Shown: positions 45,134 to 60,689, counted from the stretch's first letter. The stretch is 64,000 bases of DNA from Tubulanus polymorphus (GCF_964204645.1 NW_027437430.1:1-64000); one strand, 5' to 3'. The notes: generated by a model not told the origin, from the letters alone. Numbers and translations are program-made.

Positions 45134-46507
45134 GGCGGTAAGTTCACGCGAAAACTATCAACTACAGACTGAGTTCATCTGGTTTGAGTTGTGAGTCAAA
45201 ATTACTCAAAACTTATCTCAACAAGTGTCCCGCGCCGCCCGCTCCTCCTATCCGTACGCGCCAGTCACGTGACCGAATCCCAGCTTCCTGAGTGGATACA
45301 GCCAACACGTGCGGACTTTGCGATAACCGCCCAACAGTGGAAGCGCGTATATTTTGATAACCACCAGGGTCTAAAAACAATTTTCAGATGGTCATATTTA
45401 TCCGGTGAAGAGGTATCGAGACGAATTGCGAGTTAAATCCTTAGATTGGGTAATTCACGTCGAGTTGTATATGTAGGTAACCGTTTGAAAAGTGGTCCTC
45501 AGTCATCTTTCCGATTTATTCAGATAGTAAACAGATGTGGGTGTCAATCCGAGTGAGAGGACTCAGAATTTGTTGATTTAAAACAGACGATGAGATTCTA
45601 CCGGATAAAAATAACCCTGAAGTAAGAGGTAGACAAAGGGATCTGGTTTGAAATATTGATAGCTGTTTCATCATCGGCATTTGACGATACATTTTCAACC
45701 GGGGTCGTTGTGATATAGACCCTTCATGAATTCGAGTTGACAGCTTAACAAACGAAAACAAAATGAAACAAATAGTATATTTGACAACATTTACTTATAG
45801 AATTATAATTCTAAATTCGTATTCACGTTTCCCCTGTATTCAAAAAAAGTTCTCCTGAAAGTGAAAAATGTGTAACACCTCCGTCTTTTTTATTTCGAGA
45901 TTCTAATTCTTATTGAAAAAAAAAACTACGCAGATTGAACAGTTTTATCTACTATCATCGGTGTACGCGGTTTTATTGTATTTTTCTTAGAAATCATAAC
46001 AGCACCAGCCCTGCGTTCCCCTCAAAAATATGATAAGAAGGCACGTGGCGAGCATCATTAACATACTACTACATCAGCTGAAATTGGAACCATCTTGAGA
46101 GTTTATCCGTCATTTAGATTTTTTAAATGAATACCCGTGTTTACTGTAAAACATATTCGACACGCGAGAAACCGCGGGTAGACGGTCGTATATATACTTG
46201 ATGATGTGGGTTACTTGTGATTATATCTGCAGGAATTCTGTTGATTTGGGCGGTTTTTATATGCGTCGTCCATATTACGTTACCGGCGTTATATTATTTA
46301 AGGTGCGTTTTCAACCCCCGGAAAAAAAAGATGAACCGCAAGTTTAGTCACGACACTCCTCGGCGCAGTCACGAGCGTGCGTCCTCGCCAGGCAGGTCAC
46401 TAGTCCAACAAATTTTCCATTCGACAGTAATCGTAATCTGACCCAAGCAATCAAATGGGTCATAATTTAGATATATTCGTTTCTTTCTAGAAATGCGATC
46501 ATAAAAT

Positions 46508-46617
46508 CAGGGGCCGGTTGCCGAAAATTTGGTTAAAGATAATTTGCAGAAAAATACCATAGTAACAATGAATATCTTGTCATTGTGTTAACTCAACTTT
46601 TGAGCAACCGACCCCTG
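46508..46617. mobile_element. Small MITE-like inverted-repeat element
   Basis: CAGGGGCCGGTTGC ... GCAACCGACCCCTG imperfect inverted ends. Confidence 0.55.
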
Positions 46618-47051
46618 ATTGTCAAGTGTTCGAATGACGCAACTTTTACATCACTCGAGGTGTGAGTCTATGCATGCGTTCCCCGAGTACAATCGATATT
46701 GTATTCATAACACTTATCGTTGTTGGACATAAACAGTGAGACTGTTTTTTCAAGCGGTATTAGATTACTCTCTATCGACCCGCTGTTTTTACGTAAATCC
46801 CGACCCATTTGTTACCCGTGTTATAAAAACAATCAGTCAGTTGAGATTCTTCTGGTCAAGATAAGTTACCCAGCAACTTCTATCCTTCAAGTAACCGCCT
46901 GGGTCGTTGGTACAGAGACACGTTGCGTCGTCATTTTGTGAAAATCTTAAAAAGGACAGTTTACTTGATGATATGCATAAACCAAAAAACTGGAAAAGTT
47001 ATGTTTGATAGAATTTATTTAGGTAAAATTGAAAGTATATCATTCATTGTT

Positions 47052-49403
47052 TCACTGTTTTGTACATGTCGACTTCTCCGCATAAAATAACCCCCATCTT
47101 TGATTTCCGTTGTCACTGGCTCTTGTGATTTTCTCTTTCCATCCGTCGACAATATACAAATAATCAGACTCGCTAAATTCCTACAATTTAGAAGAAGACG
47201 CTTTCTGAACATCCACCGCCAGCCAAAAAGACAACACCAGCTTCACGTGTTTTTATACGTACTTTTATGAATTCGTCTTTGATATTTTCAGTTTTAGCAA
47301 CTTCATTTTTCAAAACATCCACAAACATCTGAGTTCTGTCTTCGGCCTTTACATTGACGAAACCGACTTCTTCTAAAACCTGGTACAATTATGGCCACAT
47401 TAATAAGAGTGAATTTCTGAAGACAATCAGTAGCTTGGATTATCTACGTACCTTTCCGTAAGCAGCTGGAGAAAGTAGTGTATAACCTCTCTGTTTCACA
47501 TATTTTTGAAATTGTTCAGAATGCGTCCCATCACTGCAGCAATAATCTGTGATCAACAGTTTTCCTCCTGGCTTCAGCCATTTCTTGAAATAAGAACATT
47601 GGATTGAAAAAATTAACTCAATCGCGATAACACAACTATGAGAATAATGGCAGTTTAAGGTATCGAGGCTCGTACCAAAAATGATGAAAACAAGGCGTGT
47701 TTATCTGGAATGTGTAGAATTGTATCACGGCTGTAAATCACATCAAATTCATTTTCTGGATATTGAACTTTAGTTGCATCGACCACTTCAAATAACACCT
47801 AATGAAATAAAAACCGCACATGAGCACTCAAGTTCATGGGGGAATAAAACAGAGTTTCATATCTTCAATATGAATATATACCTTCGTGTTTTCTGCTCTC
47901 TCTTCGTTTACTCTTTCGATACCGATGCTTATCATATTCCCTGATAAGTCAATACCTAAAACTTCGCAATCATAGTCCTAAAAACATTGAAATTATCGTG
48001 AAAATCGTGAAGAAAATACTAAATCGTGTTGCAGACTGGAGAATAATGCAAACTTACGTCTACCATTAGAAAGGCACTACCTCCTATACCAACTCCAACA
48101 TCTAATACTTTTTGACCTGGTTGCAGATTTAACATGGGCAAAAATTCCTATATAAACCAGAAAGAAAATAAATAAATCGTAGTGTTCCCTGAATAAAGAC
48201 TACCTTTATAGGCGTTACCTTTGTGGTTTCGATTCCTCCAGTACTGACAAAATGGTGACCGAATATCTTCTCATATCGAAGTATACCCTGTCTTGTGTAT
48301 TGTTGACCATCTAAAAATTCCATAAATGTTTTATATCCATGATAGTCATCTGCCAATCTAACTTTCTTCGCTAGGAAACATATTTGGTTCAATGTTCTTT
48401 CATGCTAGAAATAGGATCGTTTACATATTATGAGGCTTCATGATTATAACAAAAAGATAATCCCAGTAGATTTTTTACCTTCACGTAGGTTTGTAGAGAT
48501 CTTGCGAAAACCAATTCGAAACCGTAGTTACATCCGGTTTCAGTTTTGATACTGCATGATTGTAGAAGAGCGCAGTACGAAGCCAAATCTCTGTATATCG
48601 TTGGGTCACCCGTCACATGAACTCGTTTACCTAGACAAGGAATAACGGAATATGATCTATTCATTTGGCTATTTTTTTCTCAACATATTTCTCAACAGAA
48701 CGGTTTCTCTTACCAGCATTAAAACACGGTTCATGGAAAAAGAAATGACTTCCCTCTTTCAATGACCCAAGCAACGTGGACATCAAAGTTCTGCATTGTT
48801 CGTCTGTGAGAAACGCTAGCATAACATTTGAAAATGCAAGGTCGTACCTTTTTAAGTGAAAGTAGAAAAAAGAATTATATATCCATTGAAAATGTATATT
48901 AACAAATATTAGGATTTGACACAGCATTTGAAAAGTGCTTACTTATCTTGTTCCTTGGGCAGCTCGAGGACGTTTGACTCCACGAACGTTATATTTGATT
49001 TTGTACCATTACGCGCTTTATTTGCCGTTATAAATTCCGGTAGGAAGTCGACGGCAGTCAGAGACTGCGCCTTTTCTGATAGAACCCCAGTAAATCGACT
49101 GAAAAAAATCATTTATTAATGTAAATGACCTAAAATACATTCTAATGTAATCATTCATTATTCATATACGTCTAAGTTTGATTGGCAAAAAACATCATCG
49201 TGCAATTACTGAGCACCTAATGGAACTTACCCAGCACCGCTGCCAAGTTCTAGCACATTTTTGTCATTGAAATCAGGTAACAAACCCAGGACCTCTGCAA
49301 CCTCTTCGTTGCTTATCTGTTCACCATTATCTCCGAGTAATACCTGCTTCACGTTGCCATTCTTTACCAAAGATGTGAAAAAATCTCTTGCAGTGTCCGA
49401 CAT
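47052..49403 (-). CDS. PMT: Phosphoethanolamine N-methyltransferase (two SAM-dependent domains); multi-exon
   Basis: ATG 49403; VLELGSGAG (MT1); [58 protein letters not shown], final exon YIVDGWKEK...QRWGLF; stop at 47052-47054. Confidence 0.88.
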
Positions 49404-49508
49404 GGCAGCAGCAATAGCAGACAGATGTCACCCGTGAACTAGCACTGACAGCAGTTCATAATTAAAACATGGGACAAGGTTCATAGCGTAGGTCTACTGT
49501 GTATGAAC

Positions 49509-49559
49509 GTTGTACCATGGACTCTATACTGTAATTTGCTGTGTAGTCCATGGTTGTAC
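49509..49559. mobile_element. 37-bp insert with 8-bp TIR and 7-bp TSD (probable P-like remnant/footprint)
   Basis: GTTGTAC | CATGGACT...AGTCCATG | GTTGTAC. Confidence 0.65.
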
Positions 49560-51070
49560 CGAAGGTATATGAATTCAACAGTACACATGCGAACCGACTG
49601 ATTCTTTTCAAAGAAATATATTTCTTGTCTGTTAATCGGTGGTGGCTTTCGCATAAATCTACTGGGTAGAGTAGTCTTAGAACATCGGCTAGAGAACTCG
49701 GTTCAACGTAAATCCAAGCCTTGACAAAAAACTAAAAAAAACTGATGCCCTAATCTTCATCCTCATGAATAATTCCAGACGGCTCCATATGCCGTAAGTC
49801 CGTTCTTGGTCGATTTGTCTTGTTTTTAAAAGCAAGTTGTTTATATCGGGGAACCAGGGACTGGGATAATAGCTACTTATTGAAATAAATTCCATGTGTT
49901 TCTAAATGCATGACGAATCAAAACTCGCAGACGCCATCTACCGGATATATTGCCTTCCTCGTATTCATTCCATACACAATAATATAACAAACAATTCATA
50001 TATAAAAATATCGCGTTTATTTACATATTTATTGTTATTGACAACTGACATAATTTTCAGATGATTATTAGTATTTTGGTGTCGACTTGTATACGTTATG
50101 ATTGTATTCCAAAAATTAATTTTCATTATGCCACCAAACATGCTACGAAATATATTATAATAATGTACGTGTTTATATATCATGGTTTTATTTCAAGACC
50201 GAGTGTTGAAAAATAGAAAACATTTTCGACGGATGAGATGAATTTCATAACCCGTTAAAATGCGTCACTACCGACACCGAAAATACACTAATAACGACTG
50301 TACCTCGCGGGACTGACTGAAAATCCACACGACTTTCACAGGCGAACATCGGTCTCATAAGAGACGTCATTAGCACAGACAGGAAGGCACGGCACCTCCC
50401 TGGCACAGGTCAATATCAACGACGTTCAATTTGAACCGAACGTCGGAATGAATTGTCCCGGTATCTGTGGTTGCGAGAATAACTCGAATATTCTGTTCTA
50501 GTCTGTGCTCTGTTACCGCCATGTCGAAGCCGAAATGGACGTAGATCTCACGTCGAGGTATAACAACTTACCGCCATATTCCTATTATTACGTATATTAT
50601 ATTACATATAGAGTTATTCTATAATCCACATCTATTTTTATGTGCACATGTATAAAATAATTCAAAATATTCCCAAAAAATGAACATATTAACATTTATT
50701 ACAACAACAACAACATCTATCTCAACGTCAAATCTTTTTCGTAGATTTCGTTTTCACCAATGAAAATGACCGTTATATTGAAAATACATGTACGTATAGT
50801 CATGTATAAGCAATGATTTAGCGTGGTTTCTGTGCATGATTTCAAATGGACGAATCATTTTCAACGGCACCATTTACTTGCATAGTAAATTCCATTTTAG
50901 CAGATTGTATTTCTCCCGTGGTGGTGAAAACCGTTACTATAAAATATCATTTGTGACACAATGGTTAGTACATCTATATCAGAGAATAATGGACAGGGAA
51001 AAATTGGTACAATTGTTTTTGTACAAACGATATTTATAACAGCAGTGAAAGAGAGAGAGAGATATAGTGT

Positions 51071-54000
51071 TCAAGGAATGGTAGCGGAAATATGATTGAT
51101 AACTCCGTCGTTTCGTTTAGGTGCATTTCGGTTTTGTGTCTCGTCGTCTGCATAGTAAGTATCGTCGGTTCCGTCGCTGCGCGTATTGTTACGTTTTCTC
51201 AGCGGTGAATCGTCGCTGCTGTAGCCGTTGTTTTCGGTGCCGTACGTTTTCTGGTCGGACACGTTGCCGTCGAGAGCCGTATCGGAACCGTTTATCGTGC
51301 GCTCCGCCGGTTTTCTCGGTTTCAGCCAACTTCCGGTGATTGTGTATATACCTCCGATTACGACACCCTGAAAAAGGTCGAAACATCGAGTTGGTTAAAA
51401 TCAATTTTCTTCGCGAGAAAGAAACGTGCGAATAAATGAGCGAATATGAAATACGCTTACGATGAAAACGAAGACTCCACCAATGATGGTAACTGCCGAC
51501 TGGAAACCAACGCTATGCGAAATATACCCTCCAAAAAGTGGACCAATGAAGTACCTAAAACGAGCAGTTATTGATAATCAATGATACAGTTTCAGTACCG
51601 ATGAAACGACATCGACACCGTTATAATACATGTAATATCTTTCATTTGAATTACATGACACTTACCCAAACATGTCAGGGGCAAAAAATGCAGCTGAAAC
51701 TAGCGCATTTGTATTTATGTGTTCAGGGTAACCAACAACGAGCCTGAAAATATGGAAGAAATTCGATATATATCTAACTGTATGTTACCTCAAACGTATG
51801 GTAGAGCTAAGAGCTAATCAGATGTAGTAATTATCATGAATTCCATGAAATCGGACACATATCATATTACTAATTGGACAGCCACACGCACTAAGTCAGA
51901 GGGAGGTGCAGTTCCCATAATTGAAATAGCTGTTATATCTATTTGGTTATTACAATATCTTTCATTACCAACATAGCTTCAACATTAACAAGTGTTTAAT
52001 GGTTTCAGGTGAGAGAGCACTTACGTGGCATAAGCTAACATGTCAGCTGGGGTACCGATAGTCAAACCAACACAACCCAAACCAGCGACAAACATTCCCA
52101 AAAATATCATCCATAGGTCATTCCTGAAATATACGATAAACAAATCACACCATTATTAATGTTTGTTAAAGAGTCAGTGATGTCAATAACAATCTTCAAG
52201 AAAAACAGGTGAACTTACCCAGGTGTGACTCCAAATATTTGAGATTGACCAGTTAATACAATTCCAAGGGCGGAAAGGAATACACCAGTTATCATGAATG
52301 GTCGTCTTATACCCTAAATATAAACAGATATATGATCGATCAGACTCTTAATTACCAAAGGGATTATTCATTTTATATCATGCATATTCTACATAAAATC
52401 ACTTTCATATAATTCCACTCATAAATGCATAAATAAGAAGTATTTGGGTTGATTATGTGGCAATTATTTCATTTCAGGCAACCTATATATGACCAGCTGT
52501 TGTAGGTGGTGACAATGAGTCAGAGCTTCGACAGTCACGCTTTCGATGATACATATTATTTGATACTACAGTAAACTCGATATACCAGCCCACTTTTACA
52601 GCCCCATTGAATATTCATAATGCTTACCGTTTTATCCAAAACAAATCCGAAAATGACTGATCCGATGGCATATGTCAATATTGATACTAAATACACCAAT
52701 CCAATCAAAGAGGCTTCTAACTTGAAATACTGAAAATAGTAAAGAATAGATATTGATACCACTTTTTTTTTTTTGATACATGGAATATATTCAATCAGTG
52801 GCTAAGTTTTTAGATGGTTGAACCACATGCTATATTTAGTTTAAGACTAGGTTGATAAAGTTCATGAAGGATTATTGATCCATGATTTGTTTGTCCATGG
52901 TTGGATAAATACTTAGGTCTACATGTACATTTGTTGACAACGAATGTAATTTCAGACATGTTCAACTATTGTCTATTATTGAAAAGTCGTTGAATTTTCT
53001 ATTGCGTTGTATATCATACAGTGAATATGCAACAAATATGGACAATATTTTTAACACATTTTACATAAAAGGGTTTCAGAAAAGAGAATAGAATTAAAAT
53101 TTAATGTGAAGCTTCTATGAAGCTGAAGCTGATTCGGGTTGTTTGTATTTACAAACTCGATGTTGGTTCTGCGAGCAACCATAGCAACACATGCCTAGTC
53201 AAAATGGCAGCCATTGTTTCGTGAACTGCACGCACACTGTTCTGTGTATTCAGAAACACGTCTTACAGCTGTCACATTTTGCCCGACTATTTCAACCTCA
53301 TAGAACCACAAAAATATCAACTGTATACATATGAATTGTTCTATGCGCTTTACAGATTTGTAACCATTTTTGTTCGGGGTAAATTACATTGAACAGTACG
53401 GATTTTATTCTATTCTACATCAAACTATGAATGGATCAAATGTTGGAATTCATTATAATACATCGTTTGATGGTAGATGTCCCATGAGTCCTTTAAAGCA
53501 CATACAAAAGTTTCATGTGGGGCAATTATACGACGTATAAAACCAATTTTATTATTCATCGCTGAATAGGAGCAAATTATAAAATAGCTTTTTTATGATT
53601 TTATGCGTCACACGTTCAAAATACAAAACGCAGTACACACTGTACTGAACTGAACAAAGTTCTGCACTCAGTCTTAAAACACAAGTCGTTTTTTTAAAAG
53701 ACCATTGTGCACCGGAGAATGACGTAAGCGTTAGGTAGACATTTACCTTTTTTAAGAATAGAGCCAAAGTTGGTTCGGCAAATCCGAGTAGCACACCATG
53801 TAACATAATGACAACTGCTGCCATGAATATTGGACCGTGTCTGAAAAGACGTAGGTAGTCTCTGGGCGTCGTATGAGGTGCTTCCACATGGTCTACAAAA
53901 TAGAGAGATATAACGATTAATTATTTGCAAATGAAAATTAATTGACAATATCAATAGACTTAAATATTCCTTTATTTACCTGTATTTGGCATAATTGCAG

Positions 54001-57000
54001 TTGCAATTACAGTAAATGTAAACAACACTCCTCCCATAACCACAAATGGTGTCACGAAACCGCCAACCTGGTACAGAGCACCTCCTAAAACTGGACCCAA
54101 CATGGCTCCAATGCTGCTTACGCCAGCCGTCAAACCCTGAGAAAATGAAAAAACATTTTATGAGAATCAACTCAAAAGATTCGTTCGTGGAAATGTATAT
54201 TTCAATTCATCTGGATTTAGTTCGACGGTTGAGAGTTAGCGTTAACATCGGGTTCATTTTCGATGAGTTAACTCCGAAACTCAGAACTATGGAATTTGAT
54301 ACCGATAAGATACTTATGACGTACATAAATGGTACTCGTTTTATCTGGATACAGCGTAATACACAGTGCAGTACCAGTAGCCATGAACATTCCACCTCCA
54401 AAAGCCATAGTGAAACGAAGTATGAAGCTAAATGCAGTAAATACGGCACCAGGGGGTGCGTATTTCAAAAACCTGTCGATAAAACAACAAAAAATATTAA
54501 TACAAGTAACTTGGCGAACCAAACAAAGTGTAACGCATTCTTCGATTACCTCAGCAAACTTACCCAAATGCTATCACAGATATAGAGTTGAGAAAAGCTC
54601 CCGAAGCGAACATACATTTAACACCTATTCGAACCATCTGAAATATAATAAATGATTTAAAAGTTTTATTCATAGAAGTTTAATAATTTCCTAGTATATT
54701 CAGTTTAATTTGTTACGTGATGTAGTCACTTTTTTTCTTGTTTTCTTGGACATTTCCGAATAATTAGATCTTTCTAGTTGTAGAGGAATTTGTTTCATCC
54801 TTTTTTCTTGATTTATTTCAGAAAGATTGGGGAATTCTTTGCAGTTTGGGTGGAGATATAGGTTTGAGCAAATGTCGCAATTAAATTCACAGATTTCCAC
54901 TATTCTTCTGAGAATAGACGCACTTCGAAGAATATCGACACACAGAATTCAGACTGAACAGAAATGGTCATGAATTAATCTGTTCATTCATTATATATGA
55001 CCTACTATAGCTATTGCAGAAACTAAAGAATTATGTATATACAACATACATGACCCGCAGTATAATAGAAATCTGTTTGATCATGTCAGTACATTGAAAA
55101 ACAATGAATTCAACTAGAACACCTTCATGTGAACATACTTCTGGTATAGGAGATCTAATATTTATAGTTACTTATGTGTATAATGCGATCAGCTGCCAAT
55201 TTTTACAATATATATATAGAAACCACATGATGTTCAAATATCAATTCTATATCGATTTTGTGCAACATATTTATATATATATGAAACACCTGCCACTGTA
55301 TCATCGAAATACTGTTTTCAAAACGAAAATCAGAGATATGTCATGATAATCTCAGATTCTATTTATTTCGTGATAAGTTAACGTTCAGTTATTTTATTTC
55401 ACTATTTAAAAGGTTTTCATTTCGTTTCAATTTGATTTCAATATACCAGGAAGCAGTAGAACACCGTAGAAAGTGTTTTCTAAGAATAGCGATAATACAT
55501 AGTAGGCTTACAAAGGAATGTAATACGCTGTGTGAAGGGAATTGCTGATAAATTGTTGAGTAATGTCCAATACCAATATGTAGCCTGCATAATTAATTCA
55601 TTACTCGATATGTAATAATATTTTGTTTCCAAGAGATAATTGATTATCATAAGAAACTCAATAGACAATACGGACATCTAAGACAAAATACACTTAATAA
55701 TCAAAAAGAAATGGGTTCTACGCGATATTTATCTAAGTCGGCCACAAAATACCCGTAGTTTAACCCTGTCTTTATCAGGAACTATTGATTGAAGGAAAGT
55801 AAACAACATTTCAACAATGGCACAAAATGTTCCCGGTGTTAATGTCCAAAGTTCTCAATATGGTCCGATGTATATATCGACCCTAAATTTATCTGTTTAT
55901 GTTGACACAAAACTAATGAATATTCAAAATAAAGTCGACTTTATCGAAGTATCTACTAAATATTAAAATCAGAATATATAAACGCATTACATTAATCTAT
56001 AGCCTACAAGGAATTGTATTGAGAGGGATAACCAGGTCAATTAGAGTTTATTCAGTGGTTGAACGGGAAATGAGAGGTCGGGCAATAATTGATGCGCAGT
56101 TATCGTTATTTTTCGGGTATTCACATATCCTGGTCGCAAATGAGGCAGTATCACAAGGCTGGTATGCTATGATGGTATAAAAAAAATAATGGAAACTGAA
56201 CATATGTATACACTTAAGAGATACAAGCGATTTCATTAAAACAAAAACAATTTCTATCTTTCCTAGGGGCCACCGATGACATCTACGTTCATATTGCGTA
56301 GTGTCTGTTTATTTTACGATTGTATTGATCTGCGAAGGTGAAGTGAACACCCGAAGGTATACTTACATATATGCCGGAAAGAGTGACGGCTATGAATTCG
56401 CCTATGGGAAAGGCGGATATAACCCATCCTATTGTTCCAGAATTCAAACCCTTTTCCACCGCCTGAAATTAAAAGAAAATGGTCAATGAATTCTGGACTC
56501 CTGGAAAAAGATACATCGTAAAACACTCAAAATAATCATATGTATTTTTTAAAGTTTATTTCTTTTTATTCAGCTCAATGTCAATTCGAATTCAGTTGCT
56601 AATAAGCGGAAGTGAGAAACATGGGCATCAGGGTTCTGTTGTAAATTATCAGATAATTCATCAGCCCGGATGTGTTAAACTCGGGTGAGTCAAACACATG
56701 ACTAATCCTGATATCTCTAATTATACATACACACTGCAATATATAGTTACTAATTTGACTATTTTGTGATTAGGACTAAAGCCCCCCCCCCCCCCCGGAC
56801 ACGTTCTTTCCCAGGAGACATGAAATATAGCGTGTTACAATGGATAGATTCTCGTGTGACTGGTGGTGTGCTCACATAGCTCCGGTGCTGTCACAAATCG
56901 CCATGGTTACATTGTGAAGGGCTGATATGTATGTTTTAAAACTAATTGAATGTTTTTCACTTTAGAATCTTAAGCATTTATAACACTAGCATTCAACAGG

Positions 57001-57623
57001 CCTCTGCAACGCAGTCAAGGCTGGAATGAACAAGCCTATTTTAAATTCCACATTTATGACTGGAAAATGACGCATCGTTGGAGAATCTAAACATTCTTTT
57101 AACAGATAACGAAAACTTGCTAACCTCGTCAGCTGGAGGTTAGCAATCGTTAAGCACTCTAGGAATTTGACAATAGTGACCGAGAGGGTTCTTTAGGTTC
57201 ATATTCAAACTATTCAACTACCCGTATTCAAAAAAGAAGTGTTCTAGTTATCAGAACAATCATTCATGGAAAATAACCATATCGCCAATGGGGTCACGTG
57301 ATAATGGTGTATATAAGGTTATATCTTACCTCTTGCGGGTAGAAGGGAGCCAACATGAAGAAACAGAGGCAACCAAAGAACAATAGCAAGGAAAATAGAG
57401 CGATTATGCACATGTCCTTTTTCTTGTAACCGCAACATAATTTGTCCATGTGGTCCCCCTCCACTTCATCATTTGGGAGGAGATTCTCTTGAGAAGATGC
57501 CGAAGAGTCCGAAGATGTCGGAGAATTTAATTCACCATTTCCTAATGATGGGTTGATCCCGTTCTGAATGTTCAATTGCGGGCTTTCTTCGTCGATAAGC
57601 GTGATTTTTTCTGTCGTCGCCAT
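51071..57623 (-). CDS. SLC18B1: MFS transporter, SLC18B1-like; multi-exon
   Basis: MLAPFYPQE|AVEKG, RIGVKCMFASG, FILRFTMAFGGG, LGPVLGGALYQVGGFVTPF, GFAEPTLALFL, FIGPLFGG..SHSVGFQSAV; exon pattern typical of SLC18B1-like MFS genes. Confidence 0.78.
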
Positions 57624-60600
57624 TTTAATATTATATAGTTTTGCAGATATAAATCCTTCGTATAAATCCGTTTAGTTTATTCGAATTGTTTCAGGTCGAA
57701 TTGGAAGAGTTTTAGTTTCGATTACTAATCACAAGATGCCGGCTGATGATGATGCTGAAATATCGTACGATAAACGACCTTGAGTTGTCGGCGTCCGTTT
57801 ATTCCACTCTAGCTTCATAATTTCCTGCAATACGGATATAAAAGACGCATTTAGCTACACGCTAAGTACACTATTATACTGAGCTGTAAACTTACAGCGA
57901 AATAAACATCAATGGAGACTTTATAACTGGTTCTGAGCGAATATATATATGTATTAAAATCCAGACGCTTTTCGTTCCACACCCTGAATGTGCGAACTGC
58001 GTTACACTAGCGCCACATAGAATATACCAACTAAAACTGCACTCAGTACTGAAAATCATCAGCAGTACTGCTGTTGCTACACAACATATGACGATAAAAC
58101 CACACGCGTTCAGTACAACCAGTACGTGGGACGGGTATAATAGACACTAGCCTATGCGGTGCAGGACCCAGTAGCTTCGATCTAATTGCTATGAATTAAT
58201 AATCTAACTAATTGAATGGTGAATTTGAACGAGTGCTGCGAGGTCGGGCATTTCCGAATCGGACCCGAAACTAATGGGTTAATCTTCTGTCTAGACGCAG
58301 CGTTGATCTCACAGTAAATAAGACTCAATTCAATTCATGTAGCTCCTCAGAATCCTCGACCAAGTCAAATATATTCGTCGGTATAATGGGGTATAACAAC
58401 GCTTAAGATGCCTATCCCTTTCTTACTACAAAAACATACCTCTTCCATCATATTTTGAGAGAAATCCTCTAGCCTACAAACGACAGGCTACATACACTAC
58501 ACCACCTCCATAAGACATGTCTGAGTGAGACGAGACTTAGATGAGTGCCACGAGCTTTTGTACGCTCTTTTGTCCCGTTTCCCCATGAACTGCTATTGTT
58601 GTTATGCTGGGGCGGACTTTTAGGCTATTTGCGACATGTGGCTTTATTTATTAGTCAAAATGAATTTGTCCTAATTACATGGCATCGGAAAGTCGATGTA
58701 AATTCAATGCCGGCTTAAAGTCTTAAAGTAAATTCATATTAAATTCTGATTTCCTGTCGATTATACTCCACTCACTGAAAGTTGGAAATTGCTCGGATTG
58801 ACAAGATCGTAGTAACGTTAGAGCCTAAACGCATAGTGACAACATTTTTTAAACTCCAAAATCACTAGAGTTTAGAGTTAACCACACAGCACCACGATCG
58901 ACACCCCCACCTGGCGTACGAGGGGAATACGCCTAGTTTTTGAAATTAACATTCCCCAAGGATATAGGCCTATGATAGAAATCACCAGTAAAGAATCTAT
59001 GCGCTTTCGCCTACTTACATAACATCCGCAAGAAAGTTAGTCTTGATCCGTAATCTGTAAATGAATGCCGCTGTGATATAGGAGCACACTGGACTGACGG
59101 TTTGGTCACACCGAAGTTTACTGACGTATGGCTTGTGCATGTACAGACCTACGACGTCAAAGATTACTGATCCATTACGTCGATAAAAGTATAAGCTTAG
59201 TTTGGCAATATTCCATGTCGTAACCTGCGCGCGAAGATTTCAATCTAGATTAATTAATAGCTATTGAACAATAGATTTCTCGAAATTGCCTTCTACGTAC
59301 TGGGGGAGTTTCGTGGACTGTGACAGCACTTGTCATTGATCAGACACAACGCGTCATCGGAGCGAGACTGATTAACAGGTTTTTTTACAGTTTTTTGGGA
59401 AGAGTGATATCATTGAAAGATAAGTCAAACATATGATGACATTTATTGAACTCTTTTGAGAAGTTATTATAGAAGTTCAGCAAAATAAAAAATTATTTCG
59501 ATTAGCATGAGAAGAAGATCAATGTGTTGACATAAATTAATGTTTATTTTTCTAAATAAATTTAAACAACTTGTGATATTATGCAAGACAACAGCTGTAA
59601 TAATTTCTTCAATACTTCGTTATATCGAGATATTCATATTTTAAACTTTATGAAAAAAATCATAAGAAATAACAAAATCTACGCAAATCTATCCACTATG
59701 CAAAGATGAATAAATTTTAAATTATCTAATTTCCCAATATTCAATAAACAAATGGAAAATAGAATAGACAAAATTGCCTGGGACCTGCTGCACTGTCATG
59801 GCCTAGATTTAAGACCAGTCTAAGAAAAATCTTGTGAACATTTAAGACCATTTCTTAAGAATTGTTATGCAACTGAGCCCTGAAGGTCAGTTTGATTAAA
59901 GAACCGGGTTTTTAGTAAAAGAAAGACATTTAGTTATAACAAGCTATTTTCCACCGGATTTAGATCATACATGTAGTGTTATCATAATTCTGTGCAACAA
60001 TATTAACAATTCAAAATTTATGAATAACAAGGAGTATTTGCATTGTTTAGTAATTTTGACCAAGATCTATGGCTACACTGTCAAAAACCTATTTGTCTAA
60101 CAGGTTTTTTTAAGTACAAAAAATTTATTGGTCCACTGAAAATATTAATAGATAAAAATTTTTTATAAAGAAGACACCGTTGTCCATTGAATAAATTCGC
60201 TTGATTTAACCATGGACTATAACTATACCATTTTTCTATAAGATCTATAGAGTAGAAGTTGTTCTGGAACATGTTAGAAATTGTCATACGGTACTCAACT
60301 GACTTGAGTCATTAGTCAAACAATCATTGTATATGTAATTAAAGCTACTGGAACTAATACCTGGTACACATTGTATATCATAACTTAGATGTTACCGGCT
60401 TAAGCCTGACTTGTACCGGTACTGGTATGCTTACGTATTTCTCTTAACAGACTGTTCATTATGCAAAATACATTCAATTACATGAAAGAAGTCTAATGAA
60501 ATTCTTATTCTAAAACCATAATTTAAAAGATACAATTGTTTCACTATAAATACAGCTTATGCATGGACATGAATATTATAGACATTTAATGAAAATGGCA

Positions 60601-60689
60601 ATATTTGGCACTAAAAGTGATAAATTTTGTCTTTCGTAGCACCTCGATTTTTTCAAAATGCTTTTTATTCGATTGATTTAGCAGTGAGT

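Noticed and set aside
54046-54655. 179-aa and 108-aa + strand ORFs
   Set aside because: Antisense to SLC18B1-like exons and crossing its introns; no domain signal
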